The notes beneath the pieces were generated by a model that saw only the letters and a program-made list of their open reading frames with translations, did no database searches and had not been told where the DNA came from. This document shows positions 36,334-44,949 of a stretch of 64,000 nucleotides of DNA, one piece after another. The stretch is from positions 18,516 to 82,515 of the forward strand of contig JAUYJT010000044.1 in the NCBI GenBank assembly GCA_030700225.1, given 5' to 3'. The stretch comes from Candidatus Nanopelagicales bacterium. GTDB lineage: Bacteria > Actinomycetota > Actinomycetes > S36-B12 > GCA-2699445. Position numbers and translations under genes: made by a program. Within the stretch, counting starts at the first letter, position 1; each line of letters opens with the position of its first letter.

Positions 36334-37965
36334 GTGATTCCTGTCGATGGCCATTTCTCTGTCAAGCCTCGGCTGATGTGGCGCAAGGTCGTTGCGATAC
36401 CGACCTCCATGCTCACCGTCGCCTTTTTCGTCGTTAGCACCGTGGTCGCAGCCCCGGCAGCCCCGGCGGCGCAGGCTGCCCCGGCAGCCACCAAGGCCGC
36501 AGACTCCGGCAAGAAGTCCTGCACCATCGTGGGCACACCCGGCAACGACCGGATCCGTGGGACAAAGCACCGCGACGTGATCTGCGGCCTCGGCGGTCGA
36601 GACATCATCAAGGGCCTGGGCGGGAACGACGTGATCCGCGGCGGCGCCGGTAACGATGTCCTCAAGGGTGGTCGGGGCGCCGATTCGCTCGAGGGCGGCC
36701 GTGGAGCCGACCAGCTTAGCGGCGGCGACCGCGCGGACGATCTTGACGGCGGACCCGGCGACGACCTCCTCGACGGGGACGAGGGCGGCGACGACATCGA
36801 CGGGGGCTCCGGAGATGACGTCTGCTACATGGACCCAGCCGACACTCAAGCGTCATGTCGTTACGACGAGAAGGCGCCGGTATTCAACCTCGTGTCAGTC
36901 CCCGAGTCCGTATCCCCGAAGAGGGACCGTGGCCGGTTCGAGATCAGATTCAGAGTCTCGGACGACACACGCCTGTCGCGGTACGAGATACCGCAGGTCT
37001 CTCTGAATAGCAGAGCAACCAACTTCCCTCTCATGTCGGTGTCGCTCCAGTCCGGTGACCGACACTCGGGCGTCTGGAAAGCGACTGGCGTCGTGGAGCA
37101 GGACACAGCGGAGCTGCCCCTGAAGCTCGAGATTTCCGCGACGGACGAGATGGGCCGGCTCGGTCGCGCCGAATACCCAGACCTCATCCGAGTGGAGGAC
37201 GGCGCCGCTCTTGAGTACGAGCCACCCGAACTGGTCTCCGCGTCGGTCTCTGGTGACACCGACGGCGTTCTAGATGTCCGCAGCTCGTCGAAGACCCTGA
37301 CTATCGTCATGAGGGTCAAGGACGCCGGAGCCGGCGTCGATCCAATCGGGGTTCACCCGTCTGCCGAATGGGACGGAATGGGGCACCAGGGCGACTCGCG
37401 ACGCGTGTCCGGAGATTCGCACGACGGGGTATACCGACAGGATTTCGATATCCCCAAGGACTCCCGTTCAGGGACCCTCTACTTCAAGGTGTATCTGAAG
37501 GATCGCCATGGCAACCTCACTGTCGTAGAACTCCTCAATCGCAAGATCCGCCTACTCGGAGTTGAACCGGGAACACATGTCCCGGAGCTGGACAGTATTC
37601 GGATCTCGCCACAGCGAATCGCCACACTGAACAACAGCGCCTTGGTCGACGTTGAGTACACCGCCCACGACGCGGACGGCGAAGCGTTCACTCCCGGGGT
37701 CTACATGTCGACGTGGGACGGCGAGGCCTTCTGGAACCCGGAATCAATCGAGAGGATTTCCGGAACCGCCTCCAACGGAACCTGGCGTGTGCGGTTCCGC
37801 ATTCCGCGAGGAACACCGCCTGGGAAACTCGCGGTCACGTGGACCGTCCACCAGTCGGGCAAGTACGTGTACCTAGCTTCTCCCGGCTTCCCCGGGTACG
37901 CAGACTTCACGCCACAGCAACTCGGAGGACAGCCCGGGTACGTTGAAGTGATCGACGAACGGTAG
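36334..37965 (+). CDS. secreted protein with RTX-like (GGxGxD) calcium-binding repeats and an uncharacterised beta-rich C-terminal region
   Basis: RBS AAGGGGGAAA precedes GTG 36334 (alternative ATG 36376). The signal peptide ends AAPAAPAAQA. The repeat run is GLGGRDIIKGLGGNDVIRGGAGNDVLKGGRGADSLEGGRGADQLSGGDRADDLDGGPGDD. Confidence 0.75.
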   Translation: MIPVDGHFSVKPRLMWRKVVAIPTSMLTVAFFVVSTVVAAPAAPAAQAAPAATKAADSGKKSCTIVGTPGNDRIRGTKHRDVICGLGGRDIIKGLGGNDVIRGGAGNDVLKGGRGADSLEGGRGADQLSGGDRADDLDGGPGDDLLDGDEGGDDIDGGSGDDVCYMDPADTQASCRYDEKAPVFNLVSVPESVSPKRDRGRFEIRFRVSDDTRLSRYEIPQVSLNSRATNFPLMSVSLQSGDRHSGVWKATGVVEQDTAELPLKLEISATDEMGRLGRAEYPDLIRVEDGAALEYEPPELVSASVSGDTDGVLDVRSSSKTLTIVMRVKDAGAGVDPIGVHPSAEWDGMGHQGDSRRVSGDSHDGVYRQDFDIPKDSRSGTLYFKVYLKDRHGNLTVVELLNRKIRLLGVEPGTHVPELDSIRISPQRIATLNNSALVDVEYTAHDADGEAFTPGVYMSTWDGEAFWNPESIERISGTASNGTWRVRFRIPRGTPPGKLAVTWTVHQSGKYVYLASPGFPGYADFTPQQLGGQPGYVEVIDER

Positions 37966-38035
37966 CCGTCGGCTCCACGACACACCTCTGCCCCATAGGG
38001 CAAGATGGGGCCATGCCTTCGTCTCCCGGACCGTT

Positions 38036-38090
38036 GGGGGTCCCCTCCCCCCCTTCGCGGGGGGACCCCCAACGAAGTGGGGGAGGGACC
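38036..38090. repeat. intergenic G/C-run hairpin repeat, copy B
   Basis: GGGGGTCCCCTCCCCCCCTTCGCGGGGGGACCCCCAACGAAGTGGGGGAGGGACC forms nested stems TCCCCCC/GGGGGGA and GGTCCC.TCCCCC/GGGGGAGGGACC. It shares ACGAAGTGGGGGA with copy A. Confidence 0.6.
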
Positions 38091-38153
38091 GCGCCCGAAC
38101 CGGCCGAAGAGACCGCCTCGAACCTGAACTCCGTCACCCCGGTCTCGCCGCCC

Positions 38154-38630
38154 ATGTTCAGCATCCCGACGACTCGGACGGTCTTGAAGGCTGGCTGGGT
38201 AACCGGGGTCACGTCAACGATCGTGTGCCTGTGCATCCGCGCGCTCGCGTGGATCTTCCGCGTACCGTTTGAGGTCAAGCCGCTAGTGGGGTCCGGCCCG
38301 CTTCAGTCGGTGCCGTGGCTCCTGGTATTCGCGGTACCGCTCGCTGCCGGGATGATCGTCTCGCTAGTCGCGGCGATCTTCCTGGGGGTGCGTCGGGCCG
38401 CTGGCTGGGTGACGACACTGGGAACCCTGGCGTTCCTCGGACTCGTCTATCTGGCGCTGTCCCAACCGCCCGCCGTGCTTTGGTCAACCAGGATTTGGCT
38501 AGCGGTCATGATCGTTCTTACGTGGCTAATCGTTGTGCCGCAGGTGGCGCGAGTGGTCGGGGACGGCGATCCGAAGCTCGCCGCTGCCTATCGGACGTTG
38601 CCCTCGCCGGAAGTCACGCCGGGCGCCTGA
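38154..38630 (+). CDS. four-helix membrane protein, unknown function
   Basis: ATG 38154 was chosen because the upstream part of the track ORF is the repeat element. Four hydrophobic helices are present. Confidence 0.55.
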   Translation: MFSIPTTRTVLKAGWVTGVTSTIVCLCIRALAWIFRVPFEVKPLVGSGPLQSVPWLLVFAVPLAAGMIVSLVAAIFLGVRRAAGWVTTLGTLAFLGLVYLALSQPPAVLWSTRIWLAVMIVLTWLIVVPQVARVVGDGDPKLAAAYRTLPSPEVTPGA

Positions 38631-39622
38631 GACTCTCCCCACCCCAGCGTGGGGAACACTCGGCCGGTGTCCTCGCCAGTCTCGTACACCACCGAGGGCG
38701 AACCGACGATCTGGCTATCGGGAGCCCCGACGACGGAGTTGTCCTTCTCGGGATAGTCGATCTGGCTCAGAACCCAGCGCATGGCCTCCACCCGGCCACG
38801 CTTCTTGTCGTTGCTGCGCACAACGGTCCACGGTGCGTGCTCGGTGTTCGTGTACCAGAACATCGCCTCTTTGGCTTCCGTGAACGCCTCCCAGCGGTCC
38901 AGTGACGCTAGGTCCATGGGGCTGAGCTTCCACTGACGCACCGGGTCGATGCGCCGGATCGTGAACCGCGTGACCTGCTCCTTGCGGGACACCGAGAACC
39001 AGAACTTGATCAGTATGATTCCGGTCCTGACGAGCATCCGCTCGAACTCTGGCACCTGCCTCATGAACTCCTCATACTGCCCGTCCGTGCAGAAGCCCAT
39101 GACGCGCTCGACGCCAGCCCGGTTGTACCAGGAGCGGTCGAACAGAACGATCTCGCCGGCGCTGGGAAGGTGCTTCGAGTACCTCTGGAAATACCACTGT
39201 CCACGCTCACGCTCGCTTGGCTTGTCGAGCGCCACTACAGTGGCGCCGCGCGGATTCAGATGCTCCATGAAGCGCTTGATTGTGCCGCCCTTGCCGGCGG
39301 CGTCGCGGCCTTCGAACACCAGGCACAGGCGCTGCCCGCTCTCCTTGATCCACGACTGCATCTTCAGCAGTTCGATCTGCAGCAGCCGCTTGGAGTACTC
39401 ATACTCGCGCCGGGTCATCCGCTCCTCGTATGGGTAGCCCTCGCGCCAGGTATCGATGGGTGTCCCATCCGGCCCAATGAGGATGGGATCGTCCACCTCG
39501 TCCCAAGTCCCAGCGACGGAAAGGCCGCGCTCGGTGAACTCATCATCCTCAAGGTCCTGCAACGAAGCGATGATGTCGTGCAGATCCATCACGGCTTCGA
39601 TGTCGAGGTAATGATGCGGCAA
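38588..39622 (-). CDS. ppk2: polyphosphate kinase 2
   Basis: FEGRDAAGKGGTIKR (Walker A-like), WYFQRY, DRSWYNRAGVERVMGF and FWFSVSRKEQ are hallmark PPK2 segments. Confidence 0.9.
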   Translation of the reverse strand: MPHHYLDIEAVMDLHDIIASLQDLEDDEFTERGLSVAGTWDEVDDPILIGPDGTPIDTWREGYPYEERMTRREYEYSKRLLQIELLKMQSWIKESGQRLCLVFEGRDAAGKGGTIKRFMEHLNPRGATVVALDKPSERERGQWYFQRYSKHLPSAGEIVLFDRSWYNRAGVERVMGFCTDGQYEEFMRQVPEFERMLVRTGIILIKFWFSVSRKEQVTRFTIRRIDPVRQWKLSPMDLASLDRWEAFTEAKEAMFWYTNTEHAPWTVVRSNDKKRGRVEAMRWVLSQIDYPEKDNSVVGAPDSQIVGSPSVVYETGEDTGRVFPTLGWGESQAPGVTSGEGNVR

Positions 39623-39737
39623 GACGCCTCCCGCTGCCAGGCAAGTCGTATCTCATTGTCAATCCTCGCCGCCTTGCGGCCCGGATACCTGTTCTGCGCG
39701 AAACCGGTCCGCTTTGCACACTCTGATGCCCGCTGGA

Positions 39738-39756
39738 TAAGGCAAGGCTTACCTGT
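39738..39756. promoter_or_regulatory. IdeR/DtxR-type iron-box-like palindrome upstream of feoA
   Basis: TAAGGCAAGGCTTACCTGT matches 13/19 positions of TTAGGTTAGGCTAACCTAA and is itself palindromic (12/15 in the core). It ends 18 nt before the feoA ATG. Confidence 0.4.
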
Positions 39757-39773
39757 GGTGATAGCCTTCTCCT

Positions 39774-40025
39774 ATGCCACTGCCAGCTTCACTCGATCAA
39801 GTGCCGATCGGCCAAAGTTGCAGCATCCGCCCCAATCCACACATGCACGACCGCGTCGTTCGGCGCCTGGCCGTGATGGGTCTGCCTCCGGGAACCCTTG
39901 TCCAAGTCATCGCCCACGCCACGTCGGGAGCCCGGATTCTCGGCATCGGAGCCAGTCGGCTCGCGATCGACTCACAGGTGGCAAAACAGCTGGAGGTTGA
40001 TCTCGTCGGCGGAGGACCCGCGTGA
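39774..40025 (+). CDS. feoA: FeoA-family ferrous iron transport protein
   Basis: The 83-aa protein has the SH3-like FeoA pattern (L..V..G....I......RRLAVMGLPPGTLVQV) and is coupled to feoB by a GTGA overlap. Confidence 0.8.
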   Translation: MPLPASLDQVPIGQSCSIRPNPHMHDRVVRRLAVMGLPPGTLVQVIAHATSGARILGIGASRLAIDSQVAKQLEVDLVGGGPA

Positions 40026-41965
40026 AGTCCACGATGCTGAGCAAGTCCTGCGGTTGCGAATCCGCCAGCGACACGCTCGTCCTCGATGACACCGCGACCA
40101 TTGGGCTTCTTGGGAATCCGAACTCGGGCAAGTCAACGCTTTTCAACGCGATGACCGGGGCCCAGCGAAGCGTCGGCAACTGGCCAGGCACGACAGTTGA
40201 GATCGGTCGAGGTTCTGCCAAGCTGCCCGGAGGACACAAGGTCCGCGTTCTCGACCTGCCGGGCGCCTACAGCCTGGACGCGCACGCTCCCGACGAAGAG
40301 CTCACCCGGGACCTCATACTCACGTCGGAACGCCCTGAGCTTGTCGTCATTCTCGTCGACGCCACGAGTCTCGAACGCGGGCTGTTCCTGGTCTCGGAGC
40401 TTCGCGAGCACAGGTGCCGCCTGTTGGTCGTGGTGACCATGACCGACGTCGCGGCGAAGCGTGGCTTGACCATCGACACAGACGCGTTGGCAGTCAAGAT
40501 CGGTGTCCCGGTCGTCGCCATCGACCCGCGGCGTCGCGAGGAAGCCGGGCCGTTGATGGATGCCGCCGAAGCGGCTCTGCTCGCCACGCTCCCCGAGGAC
40601 CTGCCTGCTGGACCTGCCGACGAGGATCCGCTCGCGCGTGAAGAGCGGCGATTCGCGTGGATCCAAGACGCCGCCAGAGCCGCCATGGTGAGCCCTGAGA
40701 CCGCGCGGGTGACCTGGTCGGACCGCGTCGACCGCATTGTCACCGCTCCGGTACTCGGGATGTTCGTCTTCCTCGCCGTGATGTGGCTGATCTTCCAGGC
40801 GACCACGACACTCGCGGTCCCGCTGCAAGACGCGCTGGACTCCTATGTAGTCGTGCCGGCATCGGACTTGACCCAGCAGGGGTTTGACGCCGTCGGACTA
40901 GGCGCCAGCCCCGTCGCTGGGTTCCTCGTCAACGGACTCATCGCCGGTGTCGGGACCGTGCTGACGTTCGTACCCCTCATGGCGATCATGTTCGTGCTGC
41001 TAGCGCTGCTTGAGGACTCCGGATACCTGGCCCGCGCCGCCATGGTGACCGACAGGCTGATGAGGCGGATCGGGCTGCCCGGCAAGGCCTTCATCCCCCT
41101 CATCGTCGGATTCGGATGCAATGTCCCAGCTATCTCGGGTGTGCGTGTGCTGTCGGACGCCAAACACCGACTGCTCACGGCGTTGCTGATTCCGTTCACG
41201 TCATGCTCGGCCCGGCTGACTGTCTACGTGATGGTCGCCGCGGCCTTCTTCGGCTCCAACGCGGGAACCGTTGTGTTCCTCATGTACGTGATCTCTGTGG
41301 TTCTGATCGTCCTGGTGGGCTACGCCCTCCGCAAGACCCTGATTCGCGCCATGGGATCCGAGCCTTTGATCATCGATCTGCCCGCCTATCACCGCCCGAC
41401 GTTGCGGCTCGTCTGGTCCGTGACGTGGGTACGGCTGCGCGCGTTCCTGAAGACCGCCTCGGGCATCATCGTCACTACTGTCATCGTTGTCTGGGTCTTG
41501 TCGAGCGTTCCCGCCGTTGCCGGGTACTCGTTCGCCGACGTACCAGTACAGGACAGCGCCTACGCGAGGGCCGCGGACACTGTGGCGCCCGTGTTCGCGC
41601 CAGCGGGATTCGGGGAGTGGCACGCGGCAAGCGCCCTGATGACGGGATTCGTCGCCAAGGAAGCTGTGATCTCGTCGTGGGCGCAGACCTACTCAGTGAC
41701 CGAGCCGGAGGACCCCGCGGATCCGGGCACCCTGGGCGACCAGGTCCGCGCCAGTTTCGACGCCTCGTCCGGGGGTCACGGGAGTGCGGCGGCCCTAGCG
41801 TTCCTCGTCTTCCTGCTCGCCTACACGCCGTGCATGGCGACAGTGGGTACCCAGCGCCGAGAGATCGGCTGGCGCTGGACGCTCACGGGAATGGCGATTC
41901 AGCTCGCCGTCGCCTGGACATTGGCCGTCGCGGTCTTCCAGATCGCGCGCGCGATCGGATCATGA
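40022..41965 (+). CDS. feoB: ferrous iron transporter FeoB
   Basis: The G-domain motifs are GNPNSGKSTLFN, NWPGTTVE and DLPG, followed by a long polytopic C-terminal domain. Confidence 0.9.
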   Translation: MKSTMLSKSCGCESASDTLVLDDTATIGLLGNPNSGKSTLFNAMTGAQRSVGNWPGTTVEIGRGSAKLPGGHKVRVLDLPGAYSLDAHAPDEELTRDLILTSERPELVVILVDATSLERGLFLVSELREHRCRLLVVVTMTDVAAKRGLTIDTDALAVKIGVPVVAIDPRRREEAGPLMDAAEAALLATLPEDLPAGPADEDPLAREERRFAWIQDAARAAMVSPETARVTWSDRVDRIVTAPVLGMFVFLAVMWLIFQATTTLAVPLQDALDSYVVVPASDLTQQGFDAVGLGASPVAGFLVNGLIAGVGTVLTFVPLMAIMFVLLALLEDSGYLARAAMVTDRLMRRIGLPGKAFIPLIVGFGCNVPAISGVRVLSDAKHRLLTALLIPFTSCSARLTVYVMVAAAFFGSNAGTVVFLMYVISVVLIVLVGYALRKTLIRAMGSEPLIIDLPAYHRPTLRLVWSVTWVRLRAFLKTASGIIVTTVIVVWVLSSVPAVAGYSFADVPVQDSAYARAADTVAPVFAPAGFGEWHAASALMTGFVAKEAVISSWAQTYSVTEPEDPADPGTLGDQVRASFDASSGGHGSAAALAFLVFLLAYTPCMATVGTQRREIGWRWTLTGMAIQLAVAWTLAVAVFQIARAIGS

Positions 41966-42375
41966 TGGCCCCTGCCGCGACCCTGTCCGACGTGCTCGAT
42001 GCCGCAGCTGCCGGCAGCACGTCGGTGGGAGAGATCGCTCGGAGGACGGGTCTGTCGGCCTCGATGGTCCGAGTAGCGCTCGACCGGCTTTCCGCCCTGC
42101 GCATGCTCCAGTGCGATGAGCTTCCGACCGGCTGTCCAGCCTCGGGTTGCTCCGAGTGCCCAGCGGCGGGCATCAACGCGGGAGAGTGCCCCAGCGACCC
42201 CATCGGTCGGACCACTGCCTGCTTCAGCGTCGCCAGCGTCTTACCGACCATTTCGGGTCGATCGCGCGAGCGGGAATCGGTGCGCGAGGGGGGAGTTGAA
42301 CCCCCACGCCCTTGCGGGCACACGGACCTGAACCGTGCGCGTCTGCCTATTCCGCCACTCGCGCGCGACGCCTGA
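41962..42375 (+). CDS. FeoC-like winged-helix / Cys-rich protein; reading frame runs through the antisense tRNA-Leu before reaching a stop
   Basis: ATG overlaps the feoB stop (ATGATG). SVGEIARRTGLSASMVRVALDRL is HTH-like, and the Cys cluster is CDELPTGCPASGCSECPAAGINAGEC. Third-position bias fades after about 42240, so the C-terminal tail is doubtful. Confidence 0.55.
   Translation: MMAPAATLSDVLDAAAAGSTSVGEIARRTGLSASMVRVALDRLSALRMLQCDELPTGCPASGCSECPAAGINAGECPSDPIGRTTACFSVASVLPTISGRSRERESVREGGVEPPRPCGHTDLNRARLPIPPLARDA
42281..42364 (-). tRNA. tRNA-Leu (anticodon CAG), long variable arm
   Basis: The reverse complement reads GCGCGAGTGGCGGAATAGGCAGACGCGCACGGTTCAGGTCCGTGTGCCCGCAAGGGCGTGGGGGTTCAACTCCCCCCTCGCGCA. 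The acceptor GCGCGAG/CTCGCGC, the anticodon loop TTCAGGT and the T-arm GGGGG-TTCAACT-CCCCC fold as a cloverleaf. Confidence 0.9.
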
Positions 42376-42494
42376 ACGCCGCCAGAAGACTAGCATCGCC
42401 AAAGCTGTCCCGAAGATCCCCGCAGCGAGGGCATCCCCCGATAGCATCACGCCTAGCGACCGCCCAAACGCCGGATCTGGAAAGGGAGGTGCCG

Positions 42495-43190
42495 ATGGGG
42501 TTGCTGGAGAGCTTCGAGCAGCGCCTCGACCAGATGGTCAACGGGACTTTCGCCAAGGCATTCCCGGACGTAGTCGAACCAGTGGAGCTGGCTACGGGGA
42601 TCCAGAAGGAGATGGACACCAGAGCCGCGATCGTCGGTCGAGGTCGCACAGTCGTGCCCAACGTGTTCAACATCGATCTGGCCACAGAAGACCTGGCTCG
42701 CTTGGACGTTCTTACCGATGAGATGCGCGCCGAGTTGGCCCTCGTCGCCCGGCAATACGCGGCCGAGCAAAGATACACGTTCCTCGGAGCGGTGGATGTC
42801 CGGTTTCGCGAAGAGTCGAGTCTGACAAAGGGAGTCTTCAGGATTCACAGCCAAGCCGAAGCGGACGCGGGCGAGGCCCCCAAGCCACAGCCACCGATCA
42901 CCCCAAGGGACGCGACGGGGCATCCCAGGCTCGTCATAGGGACAGCCTCCTACCCACTCACGCGCAGCCACACCCGAATCGGGCGCGGCACTGGCGCGGA
43001 CATCCAGATCGACGACACCGGGGTTAGCCGGGCGCACGCTGAGATCATCCTGGGTCTGCCGGTGATCATCCGTGACCTCGGGTCGACGAACGGCACTCTG
43101 GTGGACGGAAGGAGCGTGGCCGAGTCGCCCCTCCACAACGGAGCCCACATTCAAGTGGGATCTACGGTGATCACCTATAGGGAAATGTGA
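42495..43190 (+). CDS. fhaA: FhaA-type protein (DUF3662 N-terminal domain + C-terminal FHA domain)
   Basis: ATG 42495 follows AAGGGAGG. The N-terminus MGLLESFEQRLDQMVNG is typical, and the FHA core is IGRGTGADIQIDDTGVSRAHAEI...DLGSTNGTLVDG. It heads the conserved fha-pstP-rodA-pbpA-pknB cluster. Confidence 0.85.
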   Translation: MGLLESFEQRLDQMVNGTFAKAFPDVVEPVELATGIQKEMDTRAAIVGRGRTVVPNVFNIDLATEDLARLDVLTDEMRAELALVARQYAAEQRYTFLGAVDVRFREESSLTKGVFRIHSQAEADAGEAPKPQPPITPRDATGHPRLVIGTASYPLTRSHTRIGRGTGADIQIDDTGVSRAHAEIILGLPVIIRDLGSTNGTLVDGRSVAESPLHNGAHIQVGSTVITYREM

Positions 43191-43666
43191 TGTCCGAACT
43201 GGCACTGACCCTGTTGCGACTCGGCTTCCTCGTCCTGCTGTGGGTAGGAGTGCTGACCACGCTCAGCGTTCTGAGGCGCGACCTGCGAGCCCCACGGGAG
43301 GCACGGCCCGCCGCGTTGGCCGGCGGGGGCGCGATCCCAGTCACTCCACAACCCGCCCGGCGCGCGAGGTCGGGCCGGGCATCACGGATCGTGGTCACCG
43401 AGGGCGCCCTGGCCGGGACGGTTGTCCCATTGGGCGGAGCCACTGTGACGATTGGGCGGGCGCAGGACTGCACCCTGGTCCTGGATGACGATTACGCGTC
43501 CAACAAGCACTGCCAGATCTACTCATCCAGTGGGGAATGGGTCGTGGAAGACCTCAACTCCACTAACGGAACGTGGCTTGAGAAGACCCGGATAACCCGT
43601 CCAACCGTCTTGCACATGGGCGTTCCCCTGCGCATAGGGCGCACGGTCATGCAGCTGCGGAAGTAG
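43187..43666 (+). CDS. fhaB: FhaB/FipA-type membrane-anchored FHA-domain protein
   Basis: GTGATG overlaps the fhaA stop (start 43187 or 43190). An N-terminal TM helix is followed by the FHA core IGRAQDCTLVLDDDYASNKHCQI...DLNSTNGTWL. Confidence 0.85.
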   Translation: MMSELALTLLRLGFLVLLWVGVLTTLSVLRRDLRAPREARPAALAGGGAIPVTPQPARRARSGRASRIVVTEGALAGTVVPLGGATVTIGRAQDCTLVLDDDYASNKHCQIYSSSGEWVVEDLNSTNGTWLEKTRITRPTVLHMGVPLRIGRTVMQLRK

Positions 43667-43668
43667 CC

Positions 43669-44949
43669 ATGGGGTATCGACTGCGTTACGCCGCCCGCTC
43701 TGACGTCGGCATGCGCCGCGCTGGAAATGAGGACAGCGGACTCGCGGCCTCGAACCTGCTCGTTGTCGCGGACGGCATGGGGGGGCACGCCGCAGGCGAG
43801 CTGGCCAGCGCGATGGCCGTAGCCACGTTCGCGGAGCTGGTCGGCGAGCCCATGCCAGACGACGAGGTACTGGAACACCTGGCTGCCGGCGTCGAGCTGC
43901 TGACCGAGAGAATTGGTGACGTCATCGCGGAGGACCCCAGCAATCAGGGGATGGGCACCACGGTCACCGGGCTCAGCTGGAAGGGCAACCGAGTCGCCAT
44001 AGTCCACGTCGGCGACTCACGCGCCTACCGGCTGCGAGACGGCCACCTGTCGCAGCTCACCAAGGACCACACCTACGTCCAGACTCTTGTAGACGTGGGG
44101 GACATCTCGCCGGCCGAGGCCACGACCCATCCGCGCCGGAACCTGCTGGTTCGCGCGGTCGACGGAATCCACCCTGTCGAGGGTGATCTGTCCATGCGTG
44201 AGACGCGACCCGGAGATCGATACCTGCTGTGCACCGATGGACTAACCGGGATGGTGTCGGACGAGACACTCGCCGCTGTTCTCAGGACGGACGCGGACCC
44301 GACCGGAGCGGTCACAAGGCTCGTGGACATGGCCCTGGAAGGCGGAGCCCCTGACAACGTCACGGTGGTTGTCGCCGACATCGCGGACGCTGATGACGAC
44401 GAGCAGCCCAACCTCGAACCCGTAGTCGTGGGAGCCGCCGGGGAACCAGCCAACCGAGCACGCCTGCCTGGACTCCCCTGGCCAGTTGACGAGCAACTGG
44501 ATCCTGACTACCCCAGCCCACGATCCGGAAGCGTGAACCCGCCGGTGCTCACCGAGGACGCACCGAGCCCGGCGTCGCGTCCCCGCACCAAGCCATGGAC
44601 GCGGGTCGCGCTGGCCGCGATCACCGGAGTAGTTGTGCTGCTGGCAATTGTCGGCGCCGGTCTGCTTTGGTGGGTGCGGGGGCAGTGGTACGTGTCCACA
44701 GCGGACGGTCTCGTCGCCGTTTACCACGGGGTGCCCGGGAGCCTGGGTCCGATCCCACTGCAACGCCTTGAGGAGGTGTCAGCTCTGCAGGTCTCCGAAC
44801 TGCCCTCTTACGACCAGAGCAGAGTGCTGGGCGGTATTCTCACGCACTCCTTCGATGAGACCACTTCGGTGTTGGATGAGCTGAACCAGCGCGCGGCCGA
44901 ATGCAGAACCGATCCGGCCACACCAGGATGTCCGGGGTCCGACCGGTGA
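43669..44949 (+). CDS. pstP: PP2C-family Ser/Thr phosphatase with C-terminal TM and extracellular segment
   Basis: The PP2C motifs RRAGNEDS, ADGMGGHAAGE and TDGLTGMV are present. A TM helix lies near AAITGVVVLLAIVGAGLLWW. Confidence 0.9.
   Translation: MGYRLRYAARSDVGMRRAGNEDSGLAASNLLVVADGMGGHAAGELASAMAVATFAELVGEPMPDDEVLEHLAAGVELLTERIGDVIAEDPSNQGMGTTVTGLSWKGNRVAIVHVGDSRAYRLRDGHLSQLTKDHTYVQTLVDVGDISPAEATTHPRRNLLVRAVDGIHPVEGDLSMRETRPGDRYLLCTDGLTGMVSDETLAAVLRTDADPTGAVTRLVDMALEGGAPDNVTVVVADIADADDDEQPNLEPVVVGAAGEPANRARLPGLPWPVDEQLDPDYPSPRSGSVNPPVLTEDAPSPASRPRTKPWTRVALAAITGVVVLLAIVGAGLLWWVRGQWYVSTADGLVAVYHGVPGSLGPIPLQRLEEVSALQVSELPSYDQSRVLGGILTHSFDETTSVLDELNQRAAECRTDPATPGCPGSDR

Noticed and set aside
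36283-36849. Minus-strand ORFs (188 aa, 161 aa) opposite the RTX-like gene
   Set aside because: These are antisense shadows of the GGxGxD repeat region. They overlap the conserved upstream element and lack start context.
38036-38090. C-run hairpins considered as a 6C-type small RNA
   Set aside because: The sequence is shared with the dispersed repeat copies at 29.7 and 53.6 kb and sits as a post-gene hairpin. I could not reconstruct the two C-rich loops in the 6C arrangement, so I treat it as a repeat element.
41116-41961. Upstream 282 codons of the 419-aa ORF 41116..42375
   Set aside because: This is an alternative frame inside feoB. Only the part from ATG 41962 (coupled to the feoB stop) looks like a real FeoC-like gene.
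42281-42364. tRNA-Leu as an integration site for a mobile element covering ppk2-feoABC
   Set aside because: No integrase, no direct repeat of the tRNA 3' end and no compositional break could be seen on either side.
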